Part shown: piece by piece, positions 63,050-64,000 of the stretch
Numbering within the stretch: the first letter of the stretch is position 1
How the letters are laid out: the number at the start of each line of letters is the position of its first letter
Assembly: GCA_950097015.1 (NCBI GenBank)
Contig: CATNEN010000026.1
Location: forward strand, 620,001 to 684,000
From: Macrostomum hystrix
Lineage: Eukaryota > Animalia > Platyhelminthes
DNA: 64,000 bases
Direction: 5' to 3'
Position numbers and translations under genes: made by a program
The notes under the pieces: model-generated
Seen by the model: only the letters and a program-made list of their open reading frames with translations
Databases searched by the model: none
What the model was told of the DNA's origin: nothing

Positions 63050-63314
63050 TCTATCCAGAAGTTCAGCTGCGAGTGCAGCAGGAGCTCGACTCCGTCGTCA
63101 GCCAGTCTAGACGGCCGAGCTTGACGGACAGGGCCGAGCTGCACTAAACATGAGCTGTCGATCATCGACGAGGGTTATCGGGAATTGTCTCTCGCTGCAA
63201 TCGGAATGTTTCACCGGGCTCTCGAGGACACAACCTTTCCACGGGTATCGCATTCCGAAAGATTGCTGCGATCATACCTTTGGTGTAGGCATCCATCCAT
63301 AGTGTCTGGCTTAG
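63050..63314 (+). pseudogene. Cytochrome P450 pseudogene, C-terminal fragment
   Basis: YPEVQLRVQQELDSVV..RRPSLTDR, K-helix ExxR (DEGYR), HRALEDTT, GYRIPKD, and a ruined heme motif FGVGIHP*CL. Contains stops and frameshifts, and the PERF region is deleted. Confidence 0.85.
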
Positions 63315-64000
63315 GCACGTTGCTAGTTGTTAAGTTCTAATCGCACTTGGCTAAAACCTAAAATATGGCAAATTTTCTTCTTTATGTACAATATATATTA
63401 TAATACTTACTACATTTTTAAACTTTAATTGTTTTAATTATTTTTTCACGTGAAAGCCCACAGATCATTTATTTAAAAATAATTGTCGCGGTTTATACCA
63501 AGGACCACCACGAACCTACTAGCAAGGACCACTAAAAGAAGAAGGATGGGACACTTCGTTTCTTAGAAAAATTTATTAAAGGCAGATTTTTACGGAAAAA
63601 TGCACTACGGAAAAGATAGGAACTTTTCACTTTTTCACCTTTCAATGTTGATAACTTTTTATTGGAAGCAGACACAAAGCTCTTCTTTTGATAATGCCAC
63701 ATATTTAACAAAATATGTTGCTTCGACAAATTTAGGAAAGATTTTTTCATGAATAATTGATCTTTATATTATTTTAATTACTATATCATGCAGCAATTAT
63801 AGTCTGAAGCTAACTAGTGACTCACTTGAATTTTACAATCTCTGTTTAATCGAAAACATATTTATTAGTAATATATGATTAAAAATAGTTGGTTATAATT
63901 GTATGCCCAACTCACTGCTTCTTTATTTTAGTTTTATACTTTCTATATAAAATAAGTACTCGTATTTAAATAGTACGAGCTACCTATATTCTAGCTATGC

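Overview
Eukaryotic (animal) genomic DNA with GC-rich exons in AT-rich, minisatellite-laden introns. The style suggests a flatworm such as Macrostomum, but that is inference only. I reconstructed seven spliced genes by hand with frame-consistent GT-AG junctions: an ENPP4/5-like ectonucleotide phosphodiesterase (+, 2038-8298); an unrecognised 192-aa gene behind a perfect RFX X-box (+, 12408-15957); a C3orf20-like FAM194-domain gene (-, 17708-23926); SMIM7 (+, 24935-26197); eyes absent (+, 36986-46714); FANK1 (+, 49788-52493); and a secreted CUB plus C-type-lectin-like gene (-, 55738-57818). There are also two collinear cytochrome P450 (CYP2-clan) pseudogene fragments, the second joined in frame to a decayed Crypton-type tyrosine recombinase. 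Mobile elements: a long-TIR Tc1 relic, a hAT MITE with an 8-bp TSD nested in another TIR element, and two tRNA-derived SINE families. About 30 unrelated tandem arrays cover roughly a quarter of the window and often sit right next to splice sites and gene 3' ends. I found no clearly new enzymatic system. The best leads are the unrecognised X-box gene, X-boxes inside coding exons, exon-hugging and splice-decoy arrays, and the rearranged CYP/CUB/Crypton locus.
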